A stretch of 64,000 nucleotides of DNA from an uncultured Spirochaetota bacterium. GTDB taxonomy: Bacteria > Spirochaetota > Spirochaetia > SZUA-6 > CAVTHK01. Of this stretch, positions 35,201-45,724 are shown one piece after another. Under the pieces are notes generated by a model, which ran no database searches, had not been told where the DNA came from, and saw only the letters and a list, made by a program, of their open reading frames with translations. Within the stretch, counting starts at the first letter, position 1; each line of letters starts with the position of its first letter. The DNA is taken from positions 224,001-288,000 of the forward strand of contig CAVTHK010000013.1 in NCBI GenBank assembly GCA_963734495.1, in the 5' to 3' direction. Made by a program: the position numbers and the translations under genes.

Positions 35201-35799
35201 GCTGTCGCGTCCAGGTACGGTTGCATCACGCGTGTGACTCGACAGATCCGCGCGTAGCGGGCAAGCTCCGCAGCGCCGCCGCGATGACGGCGGCGAAAGT
35301 CGCGGAGCGCTTCGACGGCCACGTCAATGCCCACTTTGTAACGGTACTTGAAACAGTCGGCCACCGTCTTGGCCGCCGAGTACACCCGGACCTGCACTCC
35401 TTCCACGCGATGTGTCTCGATCCCCTCCGCCAGCGCGGCCCCTGAAAAGCGGGCGACCCTCAGCTTGGGATAGTCGAGGCGAGGTCGTCGCGCCTTTTCG
35501 GGCAGGGCAACCCAAACCTCGGCGGGGTTCTGGGTAGTGAGGCCATGAAACCGGAGAGCGGTCAGCAGACACACGACTCCACCGGGCAGTCGCTTCGCCA
35601 GGTGCGCCAGCGTGTGTCTCTCTGTGACGGCATGTTGACTTGCGATGTAGACACCTCGAGCCTGGCGCGTGATCACGCCGTCGCGGACGAGGCGGTAGAA
35701 CTGCCCCAGCGGGATCCCGCGGGTCTTGAGGTCGACCGGCCTGACGATGCCCAGCTCCCGGACAACGCGCAGCACCCGGTCTCTCGTTGCGCTTGCCAT
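35197..35799 (-). CDS. abiEi: AbiEi antitoxin / transcriptional regulator
   Basis: N-terminal wHTH (ARGVY), CLLTALRFHGLTTQ, RVYSAAKTVADCFKYR; 4-bp overlap with the toxin gene. Confidence 0.92.
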   Translation of the reverse strand: MASATRDRVLRVVRELGIVRPVDLKTRGIPLGQFYRLVRDGVITRQARGVYIASQHAVTERHTLAHLAKRLPGGVVCLLTALRFHGLTTQNPAEVWVALPEKARRPRLDYPKLRVARFSGAALAEGIETHRVEGVQVRVYSAAKTVADCFKYRYKVGIDVAVEALRDFRRRHRGGAAELARYARICRVTRVMQPYLDATA

Positions 35800-35808
35800 T
35801 CCAGGCAC

Positions 35809-35904
35809 ACTATACGATCTGTCGGGACTTGTTCGCAAGGCCCGACGTTTTGTACCATACCGGTTCCGGAAACGTCGGCAACTCCTTCTCATTTGCCGAC
35901 GTTT
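35809..35904 (-). promoter_or_regulatory. abiE promoter with two inverted-repeat operators
   Basis: TTGCGA-N18-TATAGT; GTCGGG-N14-CCCGAC (35821-35846); AAACGTCGGCAA-N11-TTGCCGACGTTT (35870-35904). Confidence 0.7.
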
Positions 35905-35912
35905 TTTGGAAG

Positions 35913-36105
35913 CTACTCTCTTCCGGTTACCTCGGCCAGCATGCGCACGATGTCCTTTTCGATGACCCGGATATCGGCATCGATCTCCTCGAGGGGGCGG
36001 GGCGGAGCATAGACGTAGAAGTACCTGTTGAAGTCGATCTCATACCCGACAATCACATCCTGGTACTTGTCCGGCAACGCCCCAGAGGAAACTCGCTGTG
36101 GTTCA
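35913..36105 (-). pseudogene. hsdM: Internally deleted HsdM remnant
   Basis: N-terminal scraps MNHSE / SFLW / KYQDVI joined to the C-terminus VGYEIDFNRYFYVYAPPRPLEEIDADIR. Confidence 0.8.
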
Positions 36106-36125
36106 CCGCCCCGCGGATCCGAGCC

Positions 36126-37865
36126 TCAACCGCGCGTCTTCGAAAAGATCTTCCTGATCCGCTTCATATCGAACTTGGCCGAACGGTCAAAGGCATAGAT
36201 GCCGTTCTGCTCCTGCTCCACGTCCGTGAGCTGCGTGTAGCAGTAGCCCGCGATGTGGTCGAAGGAGAGGATCGCGTCGACCTGCCCCTCGAGACGCTCG
36301 TAGAATTCCGCTTCCGTCTTCGGCCCTTCGCCGTAGCCCCACGACGTCTCCATCCACGGCTTCGTCCCGGGCGGGATCCACTTGATCCCGCCGAACTCGT
36401 CGATCAGGTAGGGCTGGCCGGTGTACTGCGTCTCCCACTGCGGGTAGCAGCGCCGCAGGCCATCCGCGTCCGGGGTGAGCCACTGCTTGAGCTCCGCGGG
36501 CGGCTGGATGTAGCTGTGCACCGTCCAGAGGTCGGTCCGGATGTGAACGTACCCGCTGGCGTCGTTGACCGGACGCGTGGGGTCGAGCGCGCGCGTCAGC
36601 TCGTACAGGTCCTGGTGGAACCGCCAGTGCTGCGCCGGGCCGGGCTCGACCTGCCGCGTCTCGTTCAGCGGCGTCCACGCGATGATCGACGGGTGGTTGC
36701 GGTCGCGCACCACGGCCTCCGCCCACTCCGTGAGCAGGTTGCGCGCGCCCAGGCGGTCGGCCGGCTGCACGCCCCAGCTCGCGAACTCGCCCCACGTGAG
36801 GTAGCCGAGCTTGTCGGCCCAGTAGTGGAAGCGCTCGTCGAACACCTTCTGGTGCAGGCGCGCGCCGTTGAAGCCCGCGGCCATGGAGAGCTCGATGTCG
36901 CGCTTGAGCGCCTCGTCGCTCGGCGCGGTCCAGCCGCCGTCGGGGTAGAAGCCCTGATCGAGCACGAGGCGCAGGTAGATCGGCTCGTTGTTCAGCAGGA
37001 TGCGGTTGCCTTCGATCGCGACCTTGCGCAGGCCGGCGTAGGCGCGCACAAGGTCGACGACGCGCGAGCCGTCGAGCACCGCCAGCTCGATGTCATAGAG
37101 GAAGGGGTCCGCCGGCGACCACGGCCTCACGTCCGCGAGCGCGACGCTCACGGCCGCCCCGTCTGCCGCGGGGCTGCTCGCCTCGCCGACGGTCTTGCCC
37201 GCGGCGAGCGCGCGCACGCGAAGCGTGAGCCCGCGCCGCGTCTCGTAAAAGCGGGGCGTCACGACGAAGCGCCGGCCGTCGAGGTCGGGGACGATCTGCG
37301 CGTCCCTGAGGCCGTGCGGATCGAGCGCCTCCAGCCACACCGTGCTCCAGATCCCGGTCGTCCGCGTGTAGTGGCAGCGGTGGCGGACGAAGTTGAACTC
37401 CGGCCGCTGCTTGCCTCCCGGCTGCACGCCGGCTCGGATGTCATCCTCGGCGTACACGACCAGGTCGTGCTTCGCCCCCGCGCGCACGAATCTGGTGACG
37501 TCCAGGGAGAACGAGGTCGCCCCGCCCCAGTGGCGGCCGGCAAGCTTCCCGTCGACGAAGACGCGGGCATCGTAGTCCACGCCGCCGAAGTGGAGCATGA
37601 CGCGCCGCCCGCTCCAGTCGCGGGGGATCTCGATCGTGCGGTGGTACCAGACCGCGGGGATGAAGTCCTTGTGCCCGATGCCCGAGAGATCGCTCTCGGG
37701 GCAGAACGGGACCAGGATCTTCCCGTCGAAGCCCTTGCTCGCGGCGAGGCCCCGCTCGAAGCCCGACACGCCGAAGTCGAAGGCGAAGCTCCACGTGCCG
37801 TTCAGGTTGATCCAGCTGTCCCGCACGAACTGGGGGCGCGGGTGCTCCGGTCTGGGGGTGCTCAT
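36126..37865 (-). CDS. Glycoside hydrolase family 2
   Basis: PRPEHPRPQF, LHFGGVDY, TGIWSTVWLE, LDQGFYPDG, NHPSIIAWTPLNE, DEFGG. Confidence 0.93.
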   Translation of the reverse strand: MSTPRPEHPRPQFVRDSWINLNGTWSFAFDFGVSGFERGLAASKGFDGKILVPFCPESDLSGIGHKDFIPAVWYHRTIEIPRDWSGRRVMLHFGGVDYDARVFVDGKLAGRHWGGATSFSLDVTRFVRAGAKHDLVVYAEDDIRAGVQPGGKQRPEFNFVRHRCHYTRTTGIWSTVWLEALDPHGLRDAQIVPDLDGRRFVVTPRFYETRRGLTLRVRALAAGKTVGEASSPAADGAAVSVALADVRPWSPADPFLYDIELAVLDGSRVVDLVRAYAGLRKVAIEGNRILLNNEPIYLRLVLDQGFYPDGGWTAPSDEALKRDIELSMAAGFNGARLHQKVFDERFHYWADKLGYLTWGEFASWGVQPADRLGARNLLTEWAEAVVRDRNHPSIIAWTPLNETRQVEPGPAQHWRFHQDLYELTRALDPTRPVNDASGYVHIRTDLWTVHSYIQPPAELKQWLTPDADGLRRCYPQWETQYTGQPYLIDEFGGIKWIPPGTKPWMETSWGYGEGPKTEAEFYERLEGQVDAILSFDHIAGYCYTQLTDVEQEQNGIYAFDRSAKFDMKRIRKIFSKTRG

Positions 37866-37897
37866 GGCGGGCAGAGTAGCCGCGGCGGGCCCGCGAA

Positions 37898-40006
37898 TCA
37901 AGCGTGCTCGGCGAGGACGGCCGGCAGCAGCGGGGCCGCCTGCACCCGCGCTCGCACACCGCCCGCATCGGCTTCGAGCCGCACCCGGGCGCCGGTGCAC
38001 ACGTCGCGCAGCTCGCGGCCCGCCCAGAACCCGTCGCGGAACCAGACGTCGGCGCTCGCGCGGCCGGCCGGGAGAAAGACGAACACGACGCGGCCGCGGG
38101 TGCCGCGGCCTGCGACGATGTGGACAAAGCCGCCCGGCCCGGCCTCGGGGTCCACGGCCCTGAAAGGCCGCGGCGCGTGGCTGTCACAGATCCAGCCGAT
38201 GAAGCGCTCGAAGTCGCGTCCTGCATGCTGGAGGTAAGGGCCGCCGAGGTAGCTGCCGCACAGCAGCAGGCGCCCTCGCCCCGCTGCCGCCGACACCACC
38301 ACCGGCCCGCAGGCCGCCGTCGCCAGCGCCTCGCCGCCGCGCATCGGCGTGAGCCACTGCTCGCCTGCCAGCGCGAAGCGCTCGCCCCCCGCGCGCACGT
38401 CGAGGGGCGAGCCGTCGAGCGGGCGCCGGCCGAGCTCGGCGACGCCGGCGAGACGCGCGGGCAGCCGGTCCTCCGGGTACCGGTAGATCCCCGCCGGCGT
38501 GAACGCGCCGAGCTCGGACTCGGCCACGAGCACGCCTCCCGCGCGCACGAACTCCTCGAGCCTGCGCTCCGTCTCTTCGCTCAGGGCGACGGCGCGCGGG
38601 CAGAAGAGCACGCGGATCCCGTCGAGGTCATCGAGGTGCTCCTCCTCGATCACGCTGTACGGGATCGACTCGCGGACGAGCGCGCGGCAGGTGCCTTCGA
38701 TCCCGTTCATGGCCCGCTCCGGCGTCCCTTCCTGCGACCAGTAGAGGTAGTAGGACTGCGGGCTGAAGAGCACCCCCACCTCGCCCGCGTCGGGGCGATA
38801 GCCTTGGAGCGCGTCGCGGCAGGAGGCCAGCGCCTCCGCGGTGCGGCGAAAGCCGGCGAGGCGCACCGAAGCGAGCCCGTCGCCGCCGGTGATGCCGTAG
38901 CCGCTCGACTCCTGGCCGAAGACCTCGTCGCGCCAGCACCAGAAGAGGATCGTGTCGGCGCCTCCCGCCACGCCGGTCCAGAGCCACCGCTGCTGAGTGG
39001 CCGCGTCCACCGCGTCGCTCAGGTCGAAGGCCTTGTTTCCCCGGCCTCCCTGCAGCTCGCTCAGCCAGAGGCGCGTCCTGCCGCGCGCGGCCGAGCGGCC
39101 GTAGCCGACGCGGGCGGCGAAGTTCGCTTCGTCCTGCCCGTACCAGCGCGGAAAGCTCGAGAAGCCCACCGCGTCCGCGGCCTCCGCGAGGTGCCAGTCG
39201 TTCCCCCTGTTGAGCGCGGTGTCGAACGCTTCCAGCGTGCCGGGGTGCAGCGGCGAAGGCCGCGCTCCATGGACGGTGACCGGCCGCCCGGGGTCGAGCG
39301 CCTTCACGACCTTGTAGCGCGTCGCCGCGTGGTTGTTCGCGCGCCAGGTGAGGAAGTGCTGGAACGCCATCATCTCGGTGTACGGCCGGGACGGCAGCTT
39401 GCCCGGCCGGACCTGGTCCCACGATGCGTAGCGCCTGCGCCAGGCGCGGTTCAGCTCGTCCAGCCCGCCGTAGCGCGCGTCGAGCCAGGCGCGGAACGCG
39501 GCCAGAGTGTGCGGGCACCAGCACACGAGACCGTCGGCCTGCACGTTCCACCGCAGCTCGTTCCAGATGTCCCAGCCATGCAGGTGAGGCAGGTCCCGGT
39601 ACCGCGTCACGACGGTCTCGAGAAACGCCCGCATGCGCGCCCAGACTTCGGGGTTGTCCCAGCAGCCGCCGGGGGTCAGGCCGAAGTGGCACTCCACGCG
39701 GCTCGACGAGACGACGCGCGCGCCGGTGTTCGTGATCATCTCGCTGTCGGGGACGACGTCGTGGATCCAGAGCGGGTGCACCTCGGCGATCGTGCTGAGC
39801 ACGACGCGCAGCCCCTCGTCCGCGGCGATCTGCACGAGCCGGTCGTAGTCCTCGAAGCGGAGCTCACCCGGCTCGGGCTCGACCCACGCCCAGACGACCC
39901 AGAGCTGCACGGCGTCGAAGCCGCTCGACTTCATCAGGCGCAGGTCTTCGACCCAGTAGCGCTCTTCCGGGAACGGCGGACGATAGTACTGCGAGCCGAT
40001 GATCAT
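37898..40006 (-). CDS. GH42-like beta-galactosidase
   Basis: QYYRPPFP, WAWVEPEPG, WDIWNE, WLSELQGG, trimerisation-type C-terminal domain. Confidence 0.88.
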   Translation of the reverse strand: MIIGSQYYRPPFPEERYWVEDLRLMKSSGFDAVQLWVVWAWVEPEPGELRFEDYDRLVQIAADEGLRVVLSTIAEVHPLWIHDVVPDSEMITNTGARVVSSSRVECHFGLTPGGCWDNPEVWARMRAFLETVVTRYRDLPHLHGWDIWNELRWNVQADGLVCWCPHTLAAFRAWLDARYGGLDELNRAWRRRYASWDQVRPGKLPSRPYTEMMAFQHFLTWRANNHAATRYKVVKALDPGRPVTVHGARPSPLHPGTLEAFDTALNRGNDWHLAEAADAVGFSSFPRWYGQDEANFAARVGYGRSAARGRTRLWLSELQGGRGNKAFDLSDAVDAATQQRWLWTGVAGGADTILFWCWRDEVFGQESSGYGITGGDGLASVRLAGFRRTAEALASCRDALQGYRPDAGEVGVLFSPQSYYLYWSQEGTPERAMNGIEGTCRALVRESIPYSVIEEEHLDDLDGIRVLFCPRAVALSEETERRLEEFVRAGGVLVAESELGAFTPAGIYRYPEDRLPARLAGVAELGRRPLDGSPLDVRAGGERFALAGEQWLTPMRGGEALATAACGPVVVSAAAGRGRLLLCGSYLGGPYLQHAGRDFERFIGWICDSHAPRPFRAVDPEAGPGGFVHIVAGRGTRGRVVFVFLPAGRASADVWFRDGFWAGRELRDVCTGARVRLEADAGGVRARVQAAPLLPAVLAEHA

Positions 40007-42406
40007 GTCGGTCCCTCCACCGCCACGCGATGTGCGCTCGCGCCTCGCGGGATCCTCACGCGGACGAACGCGCCATCGTGCTCCCAGCCCGCGCCCCGCG
40101 AGAGCTCGCGGCCGTCGAGCTCGACCCGCGCCGGCGCCGAGCGCGCGAGCAGCTCCACGACCCAGCCGCGCCGCCTGCGCATCCCGCGGTAGCGTCCCCG
40201 AGCCGCGCCGATCGCGACCTCCGTGCGGCCGCCGCTCGTCTCGCACGAGAGCGCCGTGATCGCGAAGCGCCCCTTCTCGTAATCGTACGACACCCCGTCG
40301 TCCTCGTAGAGCTCGAAGCTCGCGCGCGGGCCCGGGTAGACGCGCAGCGTGATCGGGTCCGCCGGGCGCTCGCGCGTATGCTGCATCACGGGCCCCATCG
40401 GCGTGATCGATCCGGCCTTGAAGAACAAAGGGAAGGTCTCCAGGTCGACGGGAATCGAGGCGCTGCGGCCGCCTGGGTATTCGACGTTGGTCCAGAAATG
40501 GAACCAGCGCCCTTCGGGAAGGTAGACCTGCCACGCGCTCACGCCCTTCTCAAGCACCGGCGCGGCGAGGAAGTTCGGGCCGAAGAGGTACTCCGTGCCG
40601 AGGGCGTGCACCTTCGGGTCGCCCGGAGCATCGGTGACGAGGGGCCGCATGAACGGCGCGCCGGTGGCGCACGCGTGCCGCGCGATGCTGTAGATGTAGG
40701 GCAGCAGCCGGTAGCGCAGCTCCACGTAATCGCGCCAGATGCGCTCGATCTCGGGCCCCCGCGTCCACGGGAGCTTCGAGCGCCACGGATGTCCGTGCGC
40801 CCAGAGGATCGAGCTGAACGTGCAGTGCTGCAGCCAGCGGACGAGCACCTCGTCGTCGCGCGTGTCTCCCCCCGTGAACAGGTGATCGTCGAGGAGGAGC
40901 CCTTCATCTTTTGTGATCTGGGAGACGTGGCCTCCCATGTCGGGGGCGCGGAAGGGATTGCCGCAGAGCGCCGAGCTCAGGCTGTACTGGATCTGCAGCG
41001 CGAGGCGCCCCAGGTCGGAATCGAAGTCGCCGGGCTGGACGATCACGCCGTAGCGGTGCAGGCCCGCGTAGCCGCTGCGGCAGCGCAGCAGGACGCGGTG
41101 GTTGGGCCGGCGCCTGCCGAGGCCGTGCCTCGGCTCGCGGAGGCGATCGTAGCTCTCGCGGTGCCGGAACAGGTCGAAGGTGTTGTGGCACTTGCGCCAC
41201 GAGCCTTCGCGCAGGCGCCCCTCGGTCGGCCCCTCGCCTCCGTCGTGCCACCACGAGTCCACGCCGGCGTCGTAGATCGGCCGCACCTTGCTCCACCACC
41301 ACGCCCGCGCCTCGGGGTTCGTGAAGTCGATGTACCAGGTCCGCCACCGCGTCGAGAACGGGAGGTCGCTCCCGTCGTCGCGCTTGATGCCGAAGCCGCG
41401 TCGCCTGAGCTCGCCGGCGTCCGGCGCCTCCATGTCGACCTGCGGGTACTGGTGCACCATGACGGTGAAGCCGCGCCTGCGCAGGCCCGCGAAGAAGCGG
41501 CGCGGTCCGCGGATGAGGTACGGGTTGAAGCGGTAGCTCGCGATCGGCGCGTCCCACCCCTGCTCGCGGCCCAGGATGCGGCTGTAGGTGGAAAGCAGCG
41601 TGATGTGGTCGCAGGGGATGCGCCGCGCACGCAGCGTCCGCGGCAAGTCCTCGAGCTCCTGCCTGTTGATGAAGTGGCGGGTGGACTGCTGGTAGCCGAA
41701 GGCCCACTTCGGCAGCAGCGGCGGGAAGCCCGTGACCTCGTAGTACCCGCGGATCACTTCGTCGAAGCTCGGCCCGAGGATGAAGTAGAAGTCGACCGCC
41801 CCGCCCGCGGCTTCGTAGGCGATGCCGCCGGCCTTGTCGATCGCCACGCTCGCGTCGTGGGGGTTGTGAAAGAAGACGCCGTAGCCGCGGGTGCTCAGCA
41901 GCAGCGGGCAGGGGATGTGCGAGCCGACGCGCATCTTTTCCCGCGTCCAGAGGCGGGTGGAGGTGCCGCGGCGGTCGAAGTCGTCGCCGCCGTCCTCCAG
42001 GCCGTAGAAATGCTCGTCGGCGGCGGCCTCGAAGCGCGCGCTGACGGGCCGCAGGCCGTCCTCGCCCGCCGCCTCGGCCGAGGACAAGCCGGCCAGGGCG
42101 AGCAGCGGGCGTCCCCGCGCGGCTTCGAAGTCGCAGTCCGAAGCGCCCCCGCGCGACTGCCACCTGCAGCGCCGCCGTGGAGCACAGCCACCCCGATGCC
42201 GTCGCCTCCAGCCGCCAGTCGACCGCGGGCCAGTCGCGCGGCGGCACGACGATGTTCTCGACCTCCCCGTATTCGGGCGCGGGCAGCATGCGCACACGGA
42301 GGATGCTGTCGGTGCAGGGCCGCACCTCGACGCTGCGCTCGCCGCAGTCGACGAGCAGCAAGCTCCCCTCGCGCGCCGCGGCGCGCGTGTCGGCAATAGC
42401 CTTCAT
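40003..42406 (-). CDS. Glycoside hydrolase family 31 (frameshift near 42140)
   Basis: PKWAFGYQQS, DFTNPEARAWW, WWHDGGEG, LRYRLLPYIYS, LYEDDG. Confidence 0.9.
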
Positions 42407-42416
42407 TTTGTGGGAC

Positions 42417-43301
42417 CTATCCCTTGATCGCGCCGGCGGTGAGCCCCTGGATGACGTGGCGCTGCAGGATGAGCACCAGGATGATCAGCGGCACGGTCAC
42501 CGCGACCGAGGCCGCCGACATCTCGCCCCACGGGAACTCGTACTCCCCCTGGATCAGAAGGATTCCGATCGGAACCGTCTGAGCCTGGGCAGACTGCGTC
42601 ATCGTGAACGCGATGAGAAAGTCGTTCCACGCCGCCACGAAGTTCAGGATCGACATGGTGAAGATGCCGGGCACCGAGAGCGGCGCGATCACGCGCGTGA
42701 GCGCCTGCACGGGCGTGCACCCGTCGATCAGCGCCGCCTCCTCGAGGGAGAGCGGGATCTCGCGAAAGAAGTTGGTCAGCACCCAGACCGTGATCGGCAG
42801 CATGAACGAGACGTAGGGCAGGACCAGCCCCGCCCGCGTGTTCATCAGCCCCAGAGCGCGCATCACGAGGAACAGCGGCCCGAGCACTGAAATGGTCGGG
42901 AACATCGAGACCGCGAGGATGCTCATGAGGATGATCCGCTTGCCCTTGATGTCGATGCGGGCGAGCGCGTACGCGGCAAGCCCTCCGGTGAAAATGCTCA
43001 CGAAGGTCGTGACGCTCGACACGATCAGGCTGTTGCGGACAAAGTCGGCCATGTGATAGCGGGTAAAGGCCGCCACGAAGTACCGGCCGCTGATCGGGTG
43101 CGGGTAGAAGTCGGGCGGGATCTTCGTGACGTCGCCCGGCATCTTGAGGGAGGTGTTCACCATCCAGTAGAAGGGGAACACGATGACCGCGACGAACACC
43201 ACGATCAGCGCATAGAGCAGGACGTTCGACAGTGTCCGCTTGAGCTTCAGGGGCCGCCTCGTGGCGAGCATGGCCTCGTGGGCAGCGAGTCGGGCGCTCA
43301 C
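42417..43301 (-). CDS. Sugar ABC permease
   Basis: IPLSLEEAALIDG, WNDFL. Confidence 0.92.
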   Translation of the reverse strand: MSARLAAHEAMLATRRPLKLKRTLSNVLLYALIVVFVAVIVFPFYWMVNTSLKMPGDVTKIPPDFYPHPISGRYFVAAFTRYHMADFVRNSLIVSSVTTFVSIFTGGLAAYALARIDIKGKRIILMSILAVSMFPTISVLGPLFLVMRALGLMNTRAGLVLPYVSFMLPITVWVLTNFFREIPLSLEEAALIDGCTPVQALTRVIAPLSVPGIFTMSILNFVAAWNDFLIAFTMTQSAQAQTVPIGILLIQGEYEFPWGEMSAASVAVTVPLIILVLILQRHVIQGLTAGAIKG

Positions 43302-44195
43302 TGGGTAGCCCCCCCGGTGAACTCCAGTTTCAGGCCCCTGATGTAGAAGAACGCGAAGATCACGCAGAACAGCACGATCAGCATGACGCTCGCCGACCCG
43401 TAGCCGAACTGCAGGAACGTGAACATGTGCATCTGCGAGTAGATCATCAGCGTCTCGGTCGACTCGAGCGGCCCGCCCTTCGTCATCCCGAAGATCAGGT
43501 CGAAGGCCTTGAACGCGTTCAGCGTCGTGAACAGCAGCGTGATCCCGACCGTGGCCCGCAGGCTCGGCATCGTGATGCGCGCGAACTTCTGCCAGCCGCC
43601 CGCGCCGTCGATGTCCGCGGCCTCGTAAAGCTCCGTCGGGATCGTCTGCAGGCCCGCCAGCAGCAGCAGGGCCGCGAACGGCGCCCCCCTCCAGATCCCC
43701 GAGATCTGCACCGCCACCATCGCCTGCGGGATCTCGTTCAGCCACGAGACGTTCTGCTTGATGAGGCCGGCTCCTATCAGGAGGTAGTTGGCGATCCCGT
43801 AGAGCCCGTCGAAGATCCAGGCCCACGTACGCGAAACGATGATCGGCGGCATCGCCCACGGGATGAGGATGAGGCTGCGCACGACGCCGCGGCCGGGAAA
43901 CTGACGGTGCATGACCAACGCCATGGCGAGGCCGAGAGCGAAGATGCCGGCGGTCTGTCCGACGATGAACACCGCGGTGTTCATCGTCGCATTCCAGAAC
44001 CGTCCGTCGGTGAACAACTCCACGTAGTTCCCGAAGCCCACGAAGTGGTTCTTCCACATCTGGCTGAGCTTGTACTGGTAGAAGCTGAGCTGCACCGTCC
44101 GCGACGACCGGGAACCCGATCACGACGATAAGCAAGAGCACCGCCGGGGAGACCAGGATGTAGCCGAGCTGCCTTCGGGTCGGGGAGAAACGCAA
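43298..44195 (-). CDS. Sugar ABC permease (frameshift near 44100)
   Basis: LYEAADIDGA, TKGGP. TTG start with a GGAGG SD. Confidence 0.9.
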
Positions 44196-44209
44196 GCAGG
44201 CCTCCAGGC

Positions 44210-44244
44210 GAAGCGCGGGGGCCGGCTGCCGGCTCCCGCGCTTC
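44210..44244 (-). terminator. Stem-loop after the binding-protein gene
   Basis: GAAGCGCGGG...CCCGCGCTTC. Confidence 0.6.
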
Positions 44245-44251
44245 GGAAGCG

Positions 44252-45529
44252 TTACTTCATGACTGACGTGATCTTTTTGGCCGCGGCCGCGAGCGAGTCC
44301 TTGACGGACTTCTCGCCGTAGAGGGCCGGCATCACTTCCTGGCTGATCGCCTCCGTGATCTCGGCGTACGCCGGGGTCACCGGGCGGGCAACCGCCACGT
44401 TGTAGTTGTTCGCGAGCGCCTTGAGGAACTCGGGGTTCTTGGCCACGTACTCGGGGTCGGACATCGCCTTCTTGTTGGGCGTGGTCTGGCCGAACTGCAG
44501 AACCTGGGTCCTCATCATGTCGTCCTCGGAGAGCGTCCTGATGAACTCGACCGCCGTCGTCTGGTTCTTGGAGAAGGCGTTGACGCCGTTGTTCCATCCC
44601 CCGATCACGCTCACCTGGTCATGGCCAGGGAAGCTGGGCGGGGTCCCGACACCGACCTTCCCCTTGACTTTCGAGCTGTCCTGCTGGAACCGGGCCCAGG
44701 AGTAGTCCCAGTTCATCGTGAACACTGCGCGCCCCTCGTTGAACACGATGCGGGCGTTGTCGGTCGTCAGGCTCAACACGTCCTTGGGCGCGATCTTCTG
44801 CCTGGCAATCGCGTCCGCCATGAGCTGCAGGGCCTCCGCGTTCTCGGGGCTGTCGATCGTGACCTGGCTCAGATCCTTGCTCATGACGCCGCCGCCGTTG
44901 CTCGCGATAAAGAGCAGGAACTGGCAGAAGATCTGGTTTCCGCGCTCCCACGAAGCGACGAAGCCGAAACGGTCGGGAGCTCTGGAGCTTGAGCGCCTGC
45001 TGACCGAGATCGTTCCACGTCGTCGGCACCGCCATGCCCGCGCTCGAGAGGAGGTCCTTGCGGTAGTAGAAGTCCAGCGTGTCCGCGGTCAGCGGGATCC
45101 CGTAGAGCTTGCCGTTCCAGAGGCACGCGTTGAAGAAGGCGGTAGAGTTCCGGTCGCGGACCTCATTCACGTTGAAGAACTTGTCGAGGGCGAAGGATCC
45201 ATCCGGACGAGGCGAACTCGCCGGTGTCCACCGTGTTCATCAGCACGACGTCGATGGAGCCATCCTTGGCCGCGAACATCGTGACGTACTTCGCCCTGCG
45301 GTCGACCGAAGTGTTGGGCGCCGGGACGAACTCCACCTGGACGTTCGGGTACTTCTTGTTGAAGTAAGCCCCGTAGGCCTTGTCGAGGTTCTCACTGGCT
45401 GCTCGTATTGATCATGGCGGTGATCTTGCCCTGCACCTGGCCGGCCTTGCTCGTCTCGCCCTGCCCGGTCGCGTAGACCATCGCCGCCATGAGCAGCGCC
45501 GCGAGAATGAAACACGCTCGTCTGAGCAT
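44252..45529 (-). CDS. Sugar ABC substrate-binding protein (several frameshifts)
   Basis: Signal peptide MLRRACFILAALL, GKLYGIP, YYRKDLL, PTTWND, ARPVTPAY, spread over several frames. Confidence 0.85.
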
Positions 45530-45600
45530 TCTCCACCTCCCCCTGCGGTAGCTCCGCGTGCGCGGACGCTGCCCGGCGGGCTGGCCGCAGGCTCGCGTCA

Positions 45601-45699
45601 AATTTGGTCACAGGGTGCCGGTTTGTCAACGAGATTTGCGCCCGCGTGCGCCAGCGTGCGCCCGCGAATCTTGACCCCGCGACTCGCTTGAACTAACAT
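45601..45699. promoter_or_regulatory. Divergent sigma70 promoters
   Basis: Minus: TTGACA-N17-CAAATT (45629-45601). Plus: TTGACC-N17-TAACAT (45671-45699). Confidence 0.55.
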
Positions 45700-45724
45700 C
45701 CGCGATCACACTCCGGGAGGCATC

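Noticed and set aside
42402-42414. 13-bp match (TTCATTTTGTGGG) to the end of the repeat element
   Set aside because: It overlaps a start codon between two genes with no other element blocks nearby, so it is probably chance.
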